Assembly (NCBI GenBank): GCA_046538485.1
Contig: JBKHIT010000012.1
Location: 26,415-90,414, forward strand
Origin: Candidatus Brocadiia bacterium
GTDB lineage: Bacteria; Planctomycetota; Brocadiia; SM23-32
Length of the DNA stretch: 64,000 bases
Direction: 5' to 3'
Shown piece after piece: positions 18,571 to 28,383 of the stretch. Every line of letters begins with the position of its first letter. The first letter of the stretch is position 1. Made by a program: the position numbers and the translations under genes. The notes under the pieces are model-generated. The model ran no database searches and was not told the origin of the DNA. It was given only the letters and a program-made list of their open reading frames with translations.

Positions 18571-20637
18571 ATGCCGGATGAGGTTGATGATATTGGCCCT
18601 GACTCTCTGGAAGGAGGCCATGAAACATCGGGGTCGGCGGAGGGTATGTTTACTCTGCGCAGTATTCTTTTCGGTGCTTTCATGTGCGTGATCGTTGGGC
18701 TGGCAGGTCCCTACTGGACTTTTTATCTCCACAGTTCGACATTATTCCTCGATTACAGCGTTGGAGGAGTAATGTTCATGCTCTTTGTTCTGGTGCTTTT
18801 GTGCAACGGCTTTATCGGCTTAATATGGCCGAAAATAGCGTTCAAGCCGGGCGAATTCGTCGTCATCACGGCTATGATGCTTGTGGCGGGCGCAATTACA
18901 ACCATGGGGCTCGTGGGTTATCTGGTCCCCAATTTGACAGCTCCATATTATCTCGCAAATTCCTCCAACGAATGGGCCGATAAACTCTGGCCCCATTTCC
19001 CATCCTGGATGGTCCCGGTTGAAAAAGACGGCGGAATTGAATCAATAATGATGTTCTACGATGGACTGAGGGATCAGCCCGATATCTGGTCCGGATCATG
19101 GACACCGGCTGGTTTATGGGAAACGGGACAAAACTTTGTTCGAGCGACTCGTGCTATGCCCTGGAAAGTCTGGTTCCATCCGCTGCTTTTCTGGGGCATT
19201 TTCCTCATGGCACTTTATGCATGCATGATTTCTCTGATGGCCCTTATCCGGAAACAGTGGATCGAGAATGAACGTCTGACGTTCCCTATTGCCCAGGTCC
19301 CCCAGGAACTCTGTATATCCGCGGGAGATCCCTGGGCCAAAACTTCCCTGTTTCGTCAGAAAATCTTCTGGATGGGGCTGGCAATCCCGTTGATTATCTG
19401 TAGCATGACCGCTTTACACAAATTCTACGGCTTTGTGCCGAAAGTGCCCATATCGACAAAGATCCGTGATATTGGCCCGATAGACTTACAGATTCGACTC
19501 AGCTGGGCGGTGCTGGGATTCACTTTTCTGATTCCTAACCGCGTGGCGTTCAGCATCTGGGCTTTGAATCTTCTCTCTTTTGCCGCGCGTTCTTTCATTA
19601 TCAGCCGCGGTCTCAGCATGAACGAAAATCTTGGCATTTACGGTGCATCACGGTATCCAATCATGGCACATATCGGTATGGGTGCTATGCTTGTCTTTGT
19701 GGCGTCCAGTTTTTATTTCGCCAGACGCCACCTCTTCAAAGCTTTCAAAAATGCTTTTGGTAAGGGGGCAAAAGACTACGGTCGCGGAGAACCCTCTTCT
19801 TATCGTACCTCGTTCATCGTTCTGGCTGTGAGCCTAATCGTTATGACAATCTGGCTTGTGCAAGCAGGCTTGTCCTTTTTCTATGCCATCGTCTTTCTGC
19901 TCGCGGCAATTTTCATTTTCTATGGTCTGGCTCGAGTCGTCGCCCAATGCGGGGTGTCGGTCACTATTGCCCCTATGATCGCTCCATCATTCATGACGAG
20001 TACGTTCGGCGGTGCCAATATATCCACCACCGGTGTCACAACGCTCACCCATTCCTGGTCGTGGTGTAGTGACATCCGCACATCGGTGATGAGTTCATCC
20101 GTTCACGGAATGTACCTCGCCCGTGATAAAGCGCGCGGGCTCCTGTGGTCGCTACTTGGTGCGGCATTAATCACATTTCTTGTGGCCACGCTCTTTACGA
20201 TATGGTTGGGGTATCGGCATGGAGCCGCCAACCTTTATCCCTGGTTCTTCATCGGCGGTCCCAAAGCGACCTTTAACTGGGGCATTTCAAAAATGACCCA
20301 GGCAGAAGGTGCGAATATTGCGGGACATGTATGGACCGTCAGCGGTGGTATCATGATGATAGCACTCACCATTGCTCATCGGATGTTCTTCTGGTGGCCT
20401 CTCCATCCGGTTGGATTTATCATCTCCTCAGTAACCTGGACCGACCACCTCTGGTTCACAGTTTTTCTGGCCTGGATCATCAAAGCTCTTATAACGAAAA
20501 TTGGCGGCAACCGCGTGCTGCGTATTGCCAGAAACTTTTTCCTGGGCATCATACTGGGACAGTTCTCTGCCGCCGGGATCTGGGCCGTCTTCGACATGTT
20601 CACCGGAACAGTCGGACACAGCGTCTTCTGGATCTAA
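18571..20637 (+). CDS. Polytopic membrane protein (DUF6785/DUF6784-like, putative OPT-like transporter)
   Basis: Many hydrophobic segments; RKQWIENERLTFPIAQVP and WWPLHPVGF motifs. Confidence 0.75.
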   Translation: MPDEVDDIGPDSLEGGHETSGSAEGMFTLRSILFGAFMCVIVGLAGPYWTFYLHSSTLFLDYSVGGVMFMLFVLVLLCNGFIGLIWPKIAFKPGEFVVITAMMLVAGAITTMGLVGYLVPNLTAPYYLANSSNEWADKLWPHFPSWMVPVEKDGGIESIMMFYDGLRDQPDIWSGSWTPAGLWETGQNFVRATRAMPWKVWFHPLLFWGIFLMALYACMISLMALIRKQWIENERLTFPIAQVPQELCISAGDPWAKTSLFRQKIFWMGLAIPLIICSMTALHKFYGFVPKVPISTKIRDIGPIDLQIRLSWAVLGFTFLIPNRVAFSIWALNLLSFAARSFIISRGLSMNENLGIYGASRYPIMAHIGMGAMLVFVASSFYFARRHLFKAFKNAFGKGAKDYGRGEPSSYRTSFIVLAVSLIVMTIWLVQAGLSFFYAIVFLLAAIFIFYGLARVVAQCGVSVTIAPMIAPSFMTSTFGGANISTTGVTTLTHSWSWCSDIRTSVMSSSVHGMYLARDKARGLLWSLLGAALITFLVATLFTIWLGYRHGAANLYPWFFIGGPKATFNWGISKMTQAEGANIAGHVWTVSGGIMMIALTIAHRMFFWWPLHPVGFIISSVTWTDHLWFTVFLAWIIKALITKIGGNRVLRIARNFFLGIILGQFSAAGIWAVFDMFTGTVGHSVFWI

Positions 20638-20783
20638 GTGGCGGAAGATGGCCAAAAAAGCGAAATAGCTTTTATTTTGCATTCTGAGGGCTTTTAACAA
20701 CCGTCTCAAAACATCCCCGCTTTCAGTAAAACATTCAAACCGATATAGTAGGATGCTGTTTTCTGCCCTCACAGGAATATAAA

Positions 20784-21929
20784 ATGCCGCATGTAAAAAG
20801 AATCGGCATTATAGTCGACATGGCGCGTTCATACTCGCGCAAGATGTTTCAGGGAGCCCTCACTTACGCGCGGGAAGCCGGCGACGTGCGATTCGCTACT
20901 CATCCGGCCTACCCGGATTTTGACGAACTGGAAAAATGCGATGGGGCTATCGTGCAGGCGTTCAACCAGGGCCAGGCAAACGTGGTTTCCTCATACGATA
21001 TGCCCCTGGTCTGGGTTCTATCCTGCCCGGAGTACACCCCCAACCCGGTGCTCAAACCAAATGATCGAGAAGTGGGCAAACTCGTTGCCAATTATTTGAT
21101 AGAACGTGGATACCGCAATCTTGCATACGTAACATCCAACCCAAACGCTGAATTTTCACGCCTCAGATTCGAAGGCTTCGCTCAAGTAGTTCGCCAGCAC
21201 GGATATTCGGAAAAAACCTACCCCGACCTCGAATCCGCCCGAGAAAAAGGCACTGTGGAAGCCGATCTCAGCGGTCTCGTCGAATGGCTCGAATCGCAAC
21301 CCAGGCCACTGGGGATTATGGCATCGCACGATACGGCCGGACGTGAAATTATGGTACGGCTTGCTCGCACTGATCTGCACGTTCCCGAACACGTAGCGGT
21401 GGTCGGAGTTGACAATGACGAAGCGTACTGTGAAACCGTTTCGCCTCCGCTCTCAAGTGTTGCTCTCCCCTTCCAGAAAATCGGCTATGAAGCCGCCTCA
21501 CTCCTCGACAAACTTATGAAAGGACGTCCGCCCGGCACTCAAAATCAGCTCTTCTCACCTCTGGATGTGGTAACACGCGGGTCCTCCGACAGTCTGGCCG
21601 TGGATGACCCCCTTCTGGAACAGGCACTCAAGTTCATTCGTCAGCACGCCACCGACAAGCTGGATGTCAGCGAGTTGGCCGACCAAATCCCTGTTTCGCG
21701 GCGAAGCCTGGAACGTCACTTCCAGGATACCTTCGGTCACTCACCGCATCAAATCATAACGCGGGTGCGAGTAGAAATCGCGAAACGACATCTTGCCGAC
21801 ACCAACTGGCTGATGCGGGAAGTGGCCGCAAAATCCGGGTTCAGCGATGCCGCAAAGCTCAGCAGCTGGTTCAAAAAAATAACCGGCATGACACCCACAG
21901 AATATCGGAAAAAATTCCGAACACCGTAG
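20784..21929 (+). CDS. XylR-type regulator (LacI-like sensor domain plus AraC HTH)
   Basis: VPEHVAVVGVDND, PPLSSV, VTRGSSD, SRRSLERHF, SGFSDAAKLSSWFKKITGMTPTEYR. Confidence 0.92.
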   Translation: MPHVKRIGIIVDMARSYSRKMFQGALTYAREAGDVRFATHPAYPDFDELEKCDGAIVQAFNQGQANVVSSYDMPLVWVLSCPEYTPNPVLKPNDREVGKLVANYLIERGYRNLAYVTSNPNAEFSRLRFEGFAQVVRQHGYSEKTYPDLESAREKGTVEADLSGLVEWLESQPRPLGIMASHDTAGREIMVRLARTDLHVPEHVAVVGVDNDEAYCETVSPPLSSVALPFQKIGYEAASLLDKLMKGRPPGTQNQLFSPLDVVTRGSSDSLAVDDPLLEQALKFIRQHATDKLDVSELADQIPVSRRSLERHFQDTFGHSPHQIITRVRVEIAKRHLADTNWLMREVAAKSGFSDAAKLSSWFKKITGMTPTEYRKKFRTP

Positions 21930-21969
21930 CCCGGCAAACTCACCAAAACAGCAGAACGACCTACGGCAG

Positions 21970-22128
21970 CTCCGCCTCGGCGATCCGGACCTACAGCTAC
22001 CTGGCATTTTCCGGCATTTGTCCGCCTCAAGTCCCCCTTCGTCCGCCTGAGCGGACTCAGCTGAACTCGAGTCTCGCAGTGCCACGAGCGGACTGGACTT
22101 CAGCCGGAGACTGGAGTTCAGAACGCGG
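21970..22128. repeat. 159-bp composite REP-like repeat, copy 2
   Basis: Near-identical to 13746-13904. Confidence 0.9.
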
Positions 22129-22286
22129 TACATAAATCGACGGGTCTCGGCGCAAAACAGCAGAACGACCGAGCCCCTGAAAGGGCGCACTGCGAATCTG
22201 ACGACGGTTTCGCAGCTTGCAATGAGACGTAACGTTGAATGGCTGAGCACAACACACGCTAAACCGGTGCCGAGATCGCGGTAGTC

Positions 22287-23402
22287 TTACAACCGTACCG
22301 TTCCGCCGCTCACCACGGCCTCCCGCATCCTCATTGCAACGCGCGTCGAGAGCACTGCTTCCTCCACCGGACAGGGATTCTCACCTTTGCCTTCAATATG
22401 CTCCGCGAACCGGCACAAATGATTGAAGTGGCCCTTGTCCACGGTCGGTTTTGACAGATTCTCCTCCGACTGAGAGAATCTTTTAAGCGCCGCGTAATAG
22501 GCCTCGATTCCCTGCTTATTTTCCGCCGTTTGCCCTCCCTTTGCCGGGAAACACGTGCGGAACGGCTCGTCGGTCATGCCGCACTGACGCACCTCCAGGT
22601 GATGGTCCATCACGACCGTCACGTTTCCGACAGTCCCCTCGTAGAGTTCCTTGGGATACTCAAAATTTCCCACCATAGTGTGGAAAAGAGTCGTCATAGA
22701 ACCGTCCTGAAAGCGAATCACAGTCGTCGCGTTACCGATATGAGAACCCGAAACCGTAACCTCGACGGGCTCGCTTTGCATTAGCCACAAAGCCAGGTCC
22801 GCAAAATGCACCATTTCCACGAAAATTATGCCCATCTCATCCTCGAAGACCCAATCTTTCCAGCTTCTCGAATCGTCGTTGACCCGCAGGAACAATTGGG
22901 CCTGCCGTTCCTCGTCCACGCGGGGATGTTTGCCACCGGTTCGATCCATACTCGCCGGTTGGCTCGCCCCCACCTCGCAGGCTTTATCGAATAGACGTTT
23001 AAACTCAAGCACAGCCGGCCCGCTCCTCCGGTTATGTCCCACACAACACGGCACTTTCGTCGCACGAGCGCATTCGAGAATCCTGGCAAGCTCTTCCTCA
23101 GAACTGGCCATGGGTTTTTCCGTATAAACAGGGATACCGGCCTCCATTGCCGCCACGATCAACTCACAGCGCAGTTCCGTATGGGTGCACAAAACCACGA
23201 GTTCGATCTCCCCTGACCCGATCACCTCACGCCAGTCCGTGCACCACGTCTCAGCTTCGAAATCTTGCGCGGCTTTCTCGGCAGCCTCGGGTTTGATGTC
23301 ACAAACCGTCTCCAGAACCAGTTGCTCGCACCGGACGATATTCGGCAGATGGGTGGCCCGTGCGATCTGCCCACAACCTACGACGGCCGTTTTCAATGTC
23401 AT
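22287..23402 (-). CDS. Gfo/Idh/MocA family oxidoreductase
   Basis: AVVGCGQIA, YTEKPM, VGHNRR, EMVHFADL. Confidence 0.9.
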   Translation of the reverse strand: MTLKTAVVGCGQIARATHLPNIVRCEQLVLETVCDIKPEAAEKAAQDFEAETWCTDWREVIGSGEIELVVLCTHTELRCELIVAAMEAGIPVYTEKPMASSEEELARILECARATKVPCCVGHNRRSGPAVLEFKRLFDKACEVGASQPASMDRTGGKHPRVDEERQAQLFLRVNDDSRSWKDWVFEDEMGIIFVEMVHFADLALWLMQSEPVEVTVSGSHIGNATTVIRFQDGSMTTLFHTMVGNFEYPKELYEGTVGNVTVVMDHHLEVRQCGMTDEPFRTCFPAKGGQTAENKQGIEAYYAALKRFSQSEENLSKPTVDKGHFNHLCRFAEHIEGKGENPCPVEEAVLSTRVAMRMREAVVSGGTVRL

Positions 23403-23593
23403 CGTTTCTGTTCTTCCTTCTCTTCGACGGCTTCCGAACTACAGTTTTCGTAACAGACACCACATCCAATGCACTCGTCCTGATCGATTTTGGCGCCCTC
23501 TTCCGTCATCTCGATGGCTTCAACAGGACACAACGGAATGCATGTGTAGCAAAAAGTACACCCTTTTGTCACAACGTATTTTTTGTCAGCCAT
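23399..23593 (-). CDS. 2x[4Fe-4S] ferredoxin
   Basis: CTFCYTCIPLCP and CIGCGVCYENC; AGGTGA SD before ATG 23593; ATGA overlap with next gene. Confidence 0.9.
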   Translation of the reverse strand: MADKKYVVTKGCTFCYTCIPLCPVEAIEMTEEGAKIDQDECIGCGVCYENCSSEAVEEKEEQKR

Positions 23594-23609
23594 TGTTGCT
23601 TTTTTCACC

Positions 23610-25085
23610 TCACCGGTCAAGACCGGGTATCTCCCGAAAATCCTGCCCGATATTGCCTCCGTTCTCCACCAGAATTTTCTGCAGCTCGGTGACATCAACT
23701 TCACGCGGAGACACATTGTTTTTCAGGGACAATGCGCTCGCGGTCCCCGCGGCCTCCCCCATCGCCATACAGCACATGATCAGGCGCATGCACGATTGGG
23801 CTTCAAAATCGGCCGATAGACAACGTCCCGCCACGAGCATATTGTCCACATCACGGGGGACGAGCGAGCGATACGGAATTTCTTCGACGATCGGTTTGGG
23901 GAATTCCATTTCCTTCCCCGTCTGGCCTTTCCAGTTGGAGAGGACATCCTTGCCGCCGGGCGGTTCCCAGGTCGTGCCGAATCCCGCACGGCTCCCGATT
24001 ACATACCGTTTTTCTCCGTCAATCTCCGCCTCGATCCACTTTATGTTCCCCGGACCGTCCGGGTTATGTATATCGAACGCATGCTGGCTGACGGCAATCA
24101 CATCGTCAAAGTGCTCGAAAGATGCCACATCCCATCCGGTCAATACATACTGCCCGACAACCCGCCGGCTATCCCGCACGCCGAGCAACATTGCGGTTTC
24201 GGTCAGGAAAGACTGCTCGAATCCCGGCACATTGTTGCGGAGGAATTTCAGCAGAATTTCACACTGTTGCCGTCCTTCCATGTACATCCTCGTCAGGTCT
24301 TTGTTATTAAGAGGATGACAGTCGCGGGAATGCGCGAAACAGATGCAGACTTCGTCCTGACCGCACTTTTCGGGTCGATCCGGCAGACGCGTCATCCAGT
24401 TCAAATGGTTGTCGATTTCGTAGGGAAGTCGGCCATCAGCGACGGCCTTTTTGATAAAATCGGTCCAGCGCGGGTCCTCGGCTTTGACATCCCAATCGCT
24501 GTATTTTTCCCAGTTCACACCGCCGACCCGGAAATCCATCGAACACGCCTGGGTCAATCCGTCCGAAGACCGTCCGACCATACACTCACACCCTGCGCGG
24601 GCCGCCACATCGGCGTCCCCGGAGCAGTCAATGACGCGTTTCGCGAGAATCGCTTCCCGGCCGGATTTGCTTTCGACCACCACGCCGCGAATTTCCCCGT
24701 TTTCCACGATGGCCTCCACCACATAGGTCACCAGAAGCAGGTCGCAACCCGCGCCATCGACCATGCGGTCCAGGACCAGTTTTGCTCTCTGCGGGTCGGA
24801 TGCACGGCGGAAAATGGCGTCGGCATCTTTCAGGTTTCGCATCAACTCCTGACCGATCCCCGACAGGTAATCGTGCAGTGGCGTCACGAGTCCAACCGTT
24901 GCCAGTCCGCCCAGGGCGGACGTCTGCTCGATGATCAACGTCTCACATCCCTGCCGCGCGGCCGCAATACCGGCTCCCACACCCGCCATGCCCCCGCCCG
25001 CTACAATCACATCGTACCGGTCGGCGACCGAAAGTGTCCGCGCCGGTTCCTCCAGAGATTCATCGGTCCGATTGTACTCGATCAT
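23610..25085 (-). CDS. FAD-dependent oxidoreductase (FAD_oxidored-type)
   Basis: IVAGGGMAG, IDCSGDAD, GVRDSRRVVG, IPYRSLVP, AGRCLS, AMGEAAG. Confidence 0.9.
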   Translation of the reverse strand: MIEYNRTDESLEEPARTLSVADRYDVIVAGGGMAGVGAGIAAARQGCETLIIEQTSALGGLATVGLVTPLHDYLSGIGQELMRNLKDADAIFRRASDPQRAKLVLDRMVDGAGCDLLLVTYVVEAIVENGEIRGVVVESKSGREAILAKRVIDCSGDADVAARAGCECMVGRSSDGLTQACSMDFRVGGVNWEKYSDWDVKAEDPRWTDFIKKAVADGRLPYEIDNHLNWMTRLPDRPEKCGQDEVCICFAHSRDCHPLNNKDLTRMYMEGRQQCEILLKFLRNNVPGFEQSFLTETAMLLGVRDSRRVVGQYVLTGWDVASFEHFDDVIAVSQHAFDIHNPDGPGNIKWIEAEIDGEKRYVIGSRAGFGTTWEPPGGKDVLSNWKGQTGKEMEFPKPIVEEIPYRSLVPRDVDNMLVAGRCLSADFEAQSCMRLIMCCMAMGEAAGTASALSLKNNVSPREVDVTELQKILVENGGNIGQDFREIPGLDR

Positions 25086-25184
25086 GTTTTCTGAACTCCT
25101 CACAAAGACATCCAACCGGTTCTACATAGATTCTCGAAACAATTTGAAAACTGAACTCCGTGGTCCTGTGCCGGGGAAATAATC

Positions 25185-25332
25185 GGCTCTTAATCACATC
25201 TGCAGAAAAATCGCCGTTCGAGCACCCAAACAGACCGGGCGCCCTTCGCCGGAAAGAGCCCGCGAAGCGTGCTCTTGACCGCTTTTCACTCATTTCAGGT
25301 CTTCCGGTTGTCTGCAAACATGAATAGGAGCC
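25185..25332. mobile_element. MITE (148 bp), copy 1
   Basis: Imperfect 22-bp TIRs GGCTCTTAATCACATCTGCAGA / TCTGCAAACATGAATAGGAGCC; 8-bp TSD AAATAATC at 25177-25184 and 25333-25340. Confidence 0.9.
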
Positions 25333-25381
25333 AAATAATCAATTAGGCTCGACGTAAGGGAAACGCCAGAATAAGACCTGC

Positions 25382-25445
25382 ATCATACCGGAAGCAGCTT
25401 CAGGATCAATATCGTTTTGCGCAGAATCTTACCCGATTTGCGACA
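25382..25445 (-). promoter_or_regulatory. Putative AraC/XylR-activated promoter 1
   Basis: TGTCGCAAATCG-N9-CTGCGCAAA-N6-TTGATC-N16-TATGAT. Confidence 0.75.
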
Positions 25446-25795
25446 GCGTTCTCGACTACCAGCAGGCGGGATTTGTGGTCTCGAAACCGGCCTCACGTTT
25501 GAAAGCCCCCCCGTTCAGAGCGTCCCAGAGCCACCATACCGCTGTCCCGTCCCCAGGTGACCGGTCTTATGGGCGCAATCTGCGCCTCCAGGTGCCACTG
25601 GGTTTCTTAACAAATCGAATGCGGTATTGAGCGGACGGGCTCCTTCTGAACGACACTCTGCGAGGGATCGGAGCCCGGGGGCTGACCATAGTAGCCGTCT
25701 TAACCGCAGCAGAGTGCGGAGGCCCTACCGGCACTCCGAATCCCTCGCGCGCCGTTGCCGCGTGGGACGTCGCACGGTCCGGTGCCGTCAACATC

Positions 25796-26345
25796 CCGGG
25801 GTTGCGGGAAATGTCTCGTGCTGCAAGAGGCAGCAGTTTTGTGGTGGGCCTTCAGCCCACTTTTTTCTCAATGCACACCTGTACCCCAGGGCTCCGACGA
25901 CTTTCAGCCGTCTGCACCCCGGGCTATTATATGCTGCCCTTTCAGGGCAATGAACGGCAGGGCGGGCTCGGCGATAACCCCTTGCATCTGGATGGCATCC
26001 CGGATAGGTGGAGCCCCGGTGGGTTCGGGAGATCTGTCGACTGATAGTGCGCGTTCTGAACTCCCGCCTGCTTATGTGTCAAATCACGGAACGCGACAGA
26101 AAACAACGAGTCCCTTTGGTCCCTTTGGTCTCTTCCGTCCCTTCTCTCCGCAACCCATCGCCGGGGGGAGCCGCCGTTGGTCGTTCTGGTGTTTTGCCGT
26201 GAGACCCCTCGGTTTATGAGCCGCGTTCTGAACTCCAGCCTCCGGCTGAAGTCCAGTCCGCTCGCAGGGATTGAGACTCGAGTTCAGCGGAGCGCGCCAG
26301 CGGCGGGCGAAACTGGACTTGAGGCGGGCAAATGCCGGCAAATGC
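25796..26345. repeat. Mosaic of REP-like modules (inverted relative to most other copies)
   Basis: Reverse complement matches modules at 38320-38493, 48457-48670, 32172-32297 and 13746-13904. Confidence 0.85.
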
Positions 26346-26669
26346 AAACACGTCTGGAAGTTCCAACAAACTCGACCGCCATGCGAGCGGCGACGCGATA
26401 GAAAAAGTTCTGGCCTCTGCCGGCCCCCTGCCAGCGGCGCGGCGATTAGCTCACTACGGGCGTTCAACTCACCAGGTGCTCTCCATCGGCCCTGCGCCGA
26501 TGGGGCCACGCAGTAACAGAGTTGTGCCGGTGATACATAACGGTGTTTCCAACTCCCCTTTTAGCACCGACGGGGCTTGCATGAAGCACCTTTCACGGCA
26601 GGAAACGGGAACCCGGAGTAGCGGGCGGCGGCCGCTTCCACAGGGTGGAGTCTCCTCCGCACGAGGCTC

Positions 26670-27413
26670 CTATGAGGCCGTTTGTCAAGACCAAAATCCA
26701 TTCCATCTTGTGTTTGTCCTTTCTCGTTTACTATCTGAATTGTGATTACTGTTCTTATCAGCCGGGAGTCTCTGTGTTATCCTCCCGGACGATATCGCTC
26801 ACCCCGCGTGCGCATGCACCAGAGATTCACGCAAAGCTTTCGGGCCATCCCTACGATCACTTTTTGCTTGCAGCCAGTATTACCCACCAGCCTTGCGAAC
26901 GTTTTGCTTGCAGCGTTCTCTAAACCTACCCACCGCCAGGCCGCATCCACAAGCATCGAGCGCAAGCTTTCCCTGCCGGCTTTGATAAGACCCTCGTCTG
27001 TGTGCCTTTCCCCGCTGCTGGCAAAGCGCGGCACAAGACCGACCATAGTCGATACTTGCCTGTGCACCTCGAAACGCTCCGGCTGATACAGTTCGAATCC
27101 GCACGGTCCCGCTTCGTAGACGGCTTTTTCGGCAGCCGCACCCAGCGGCTTGAGGCTGGCAACCAGAGCCCGCGGCGAACTTGGACTCAGCCACTCGGCT
27201 ACCTTTCGCCTGTCTCTCCACACAACGACATTGATATTTTTCTTGTGCACGTCCAATCCGACGTATACCCGATCGCCTAAACCGATTACGATACGCTTGC
27301 CATTTCTGCGCAACACATTAGACTCAACCATTGGGCCGTTTCTCCTTGTGAGAAAAATGACTCTCAACATCACCACAAATCTTACAGGAGGGACGGCCTT
27401 CATATTAACTATG
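26670..27413 (-). mobile_element. Internally deleted IS110-family (IS1111-like) element
   Basis: Subterminal IRs ATGAAGGCCGT / ACGGCCTCAT, CATAG core at both ends, TTGACA inside the right end, transposase remnant. Confidence 0.8.
26777..27331 (-). pseudogene. IS110 transposase with in-frame internal deletion
   Basis: VYVGLDVHKK...YEAGPCGFELY (DEDD N-terminus) fused directly to PERF...GLVP..SSG...KAG...ARKL (C-terminal domain); only about 184 aa. Confidence 0.88.
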
Positions 27414-27521
27414 GAGCCCAAGGTGGCTTGTGCTAGAGCCATTTGGGTTGATTGGAACTATTAGCTGTGCAGCAGTTGGGAAGAGGGCAAAAAACTATTT
27501 CCCCAAAAACGTGCTCTCAGG

Positions 27522-27740
27522 GGCGCCCCCCCGTGGGGGATTCGATGGGACAGAGGTGCCTGCCATTTTAAATATCACTTGCACTGGCATACCCCTTTCA
27601 GGTAATCCACCGCGACTCGCGCCCCCCGTGGGGGATTCAATTTCCGGAAATATCAGTTTCACCGGCAGAGCTTACTAAGGACCCTGCAGCACCCCCGATG
27701 TAGTCTACCGCGAGTCGCGGTCGCCGCACTCGAAAGGCTC
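27522..27740. repeat. Repeat module shared with 38622-38765
   Basis: GGGGGATTCGATGGG...TTTTAAATATCA...TGGCATACCCC...CGCGACTCGCG and CGCACTCGAAAGG in both places. Confidence 0.8.
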
Positions 27741-28383
27741 AACGGCAAACCCGAAAAAGGCACAGTGCTTTGTGTGTTTCCCCACGCAACGAACCGCTGA
27801 AGCGGTCCACTACGAGGACGTTTCAGTGATTTGTACGTTCCCGGAGTTAACGCAAGCCCCGGAACCAGCGTCAGGTTCGTAGTGAGTCTCTTCAGGGGCT
27901 ATTGCGCACTCCGAAAGAGTGCCTCAGAGTGTAGCCCCGTGCTAAGGCGCCGTCAGCCGCCGGAGTTCGGGGTTCTGGGGCGAAAATAGAACGCGTCCCG
28001 AAACGGTGGCACTGACAAATTAAAAGCGGCGCTATCGCGCGCGCACTCGAAAGCCAGCGCGACGCGCTGGCAGGGTACCACCATACATACGTTGATTTTT
28101 GTTGCGTACTGCGGCACGAGACACTTCCCGCAACCCAGGGATGCCGGGAGATCTGTGGGCTGATGAGCCGCGTTCTGAATCCAGCATTCTGTTCCGGAGC
28201 TGATTCGCCTGTAAAGTGTTTTCTCCGTTTTCCGAAGGACAATTAAGGAATTTGCGCCCCGTTCAAGGGCAGAATCAGCCGGGATTTTCGTGGAATGCCC
28301 GGTTCTCGGGCAGAGAAAAGACCTACAGCGCAAATTCCTTGCTACATGCGTTTTCATGTCGTCCGCAGAATACCTCACTATTC

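Noticed and set aside
25185..25332. Riboswitch reading of the repeated 5' leader
   Set aside because: TIRs and a different TSD at each copy are better explained by a MITE
25450..28383. Integron with attC sites
   Set aside because: No integrase, no cassette ORFs, and no RYYYAAC...GTTRRRY-bounded hairpins recognised
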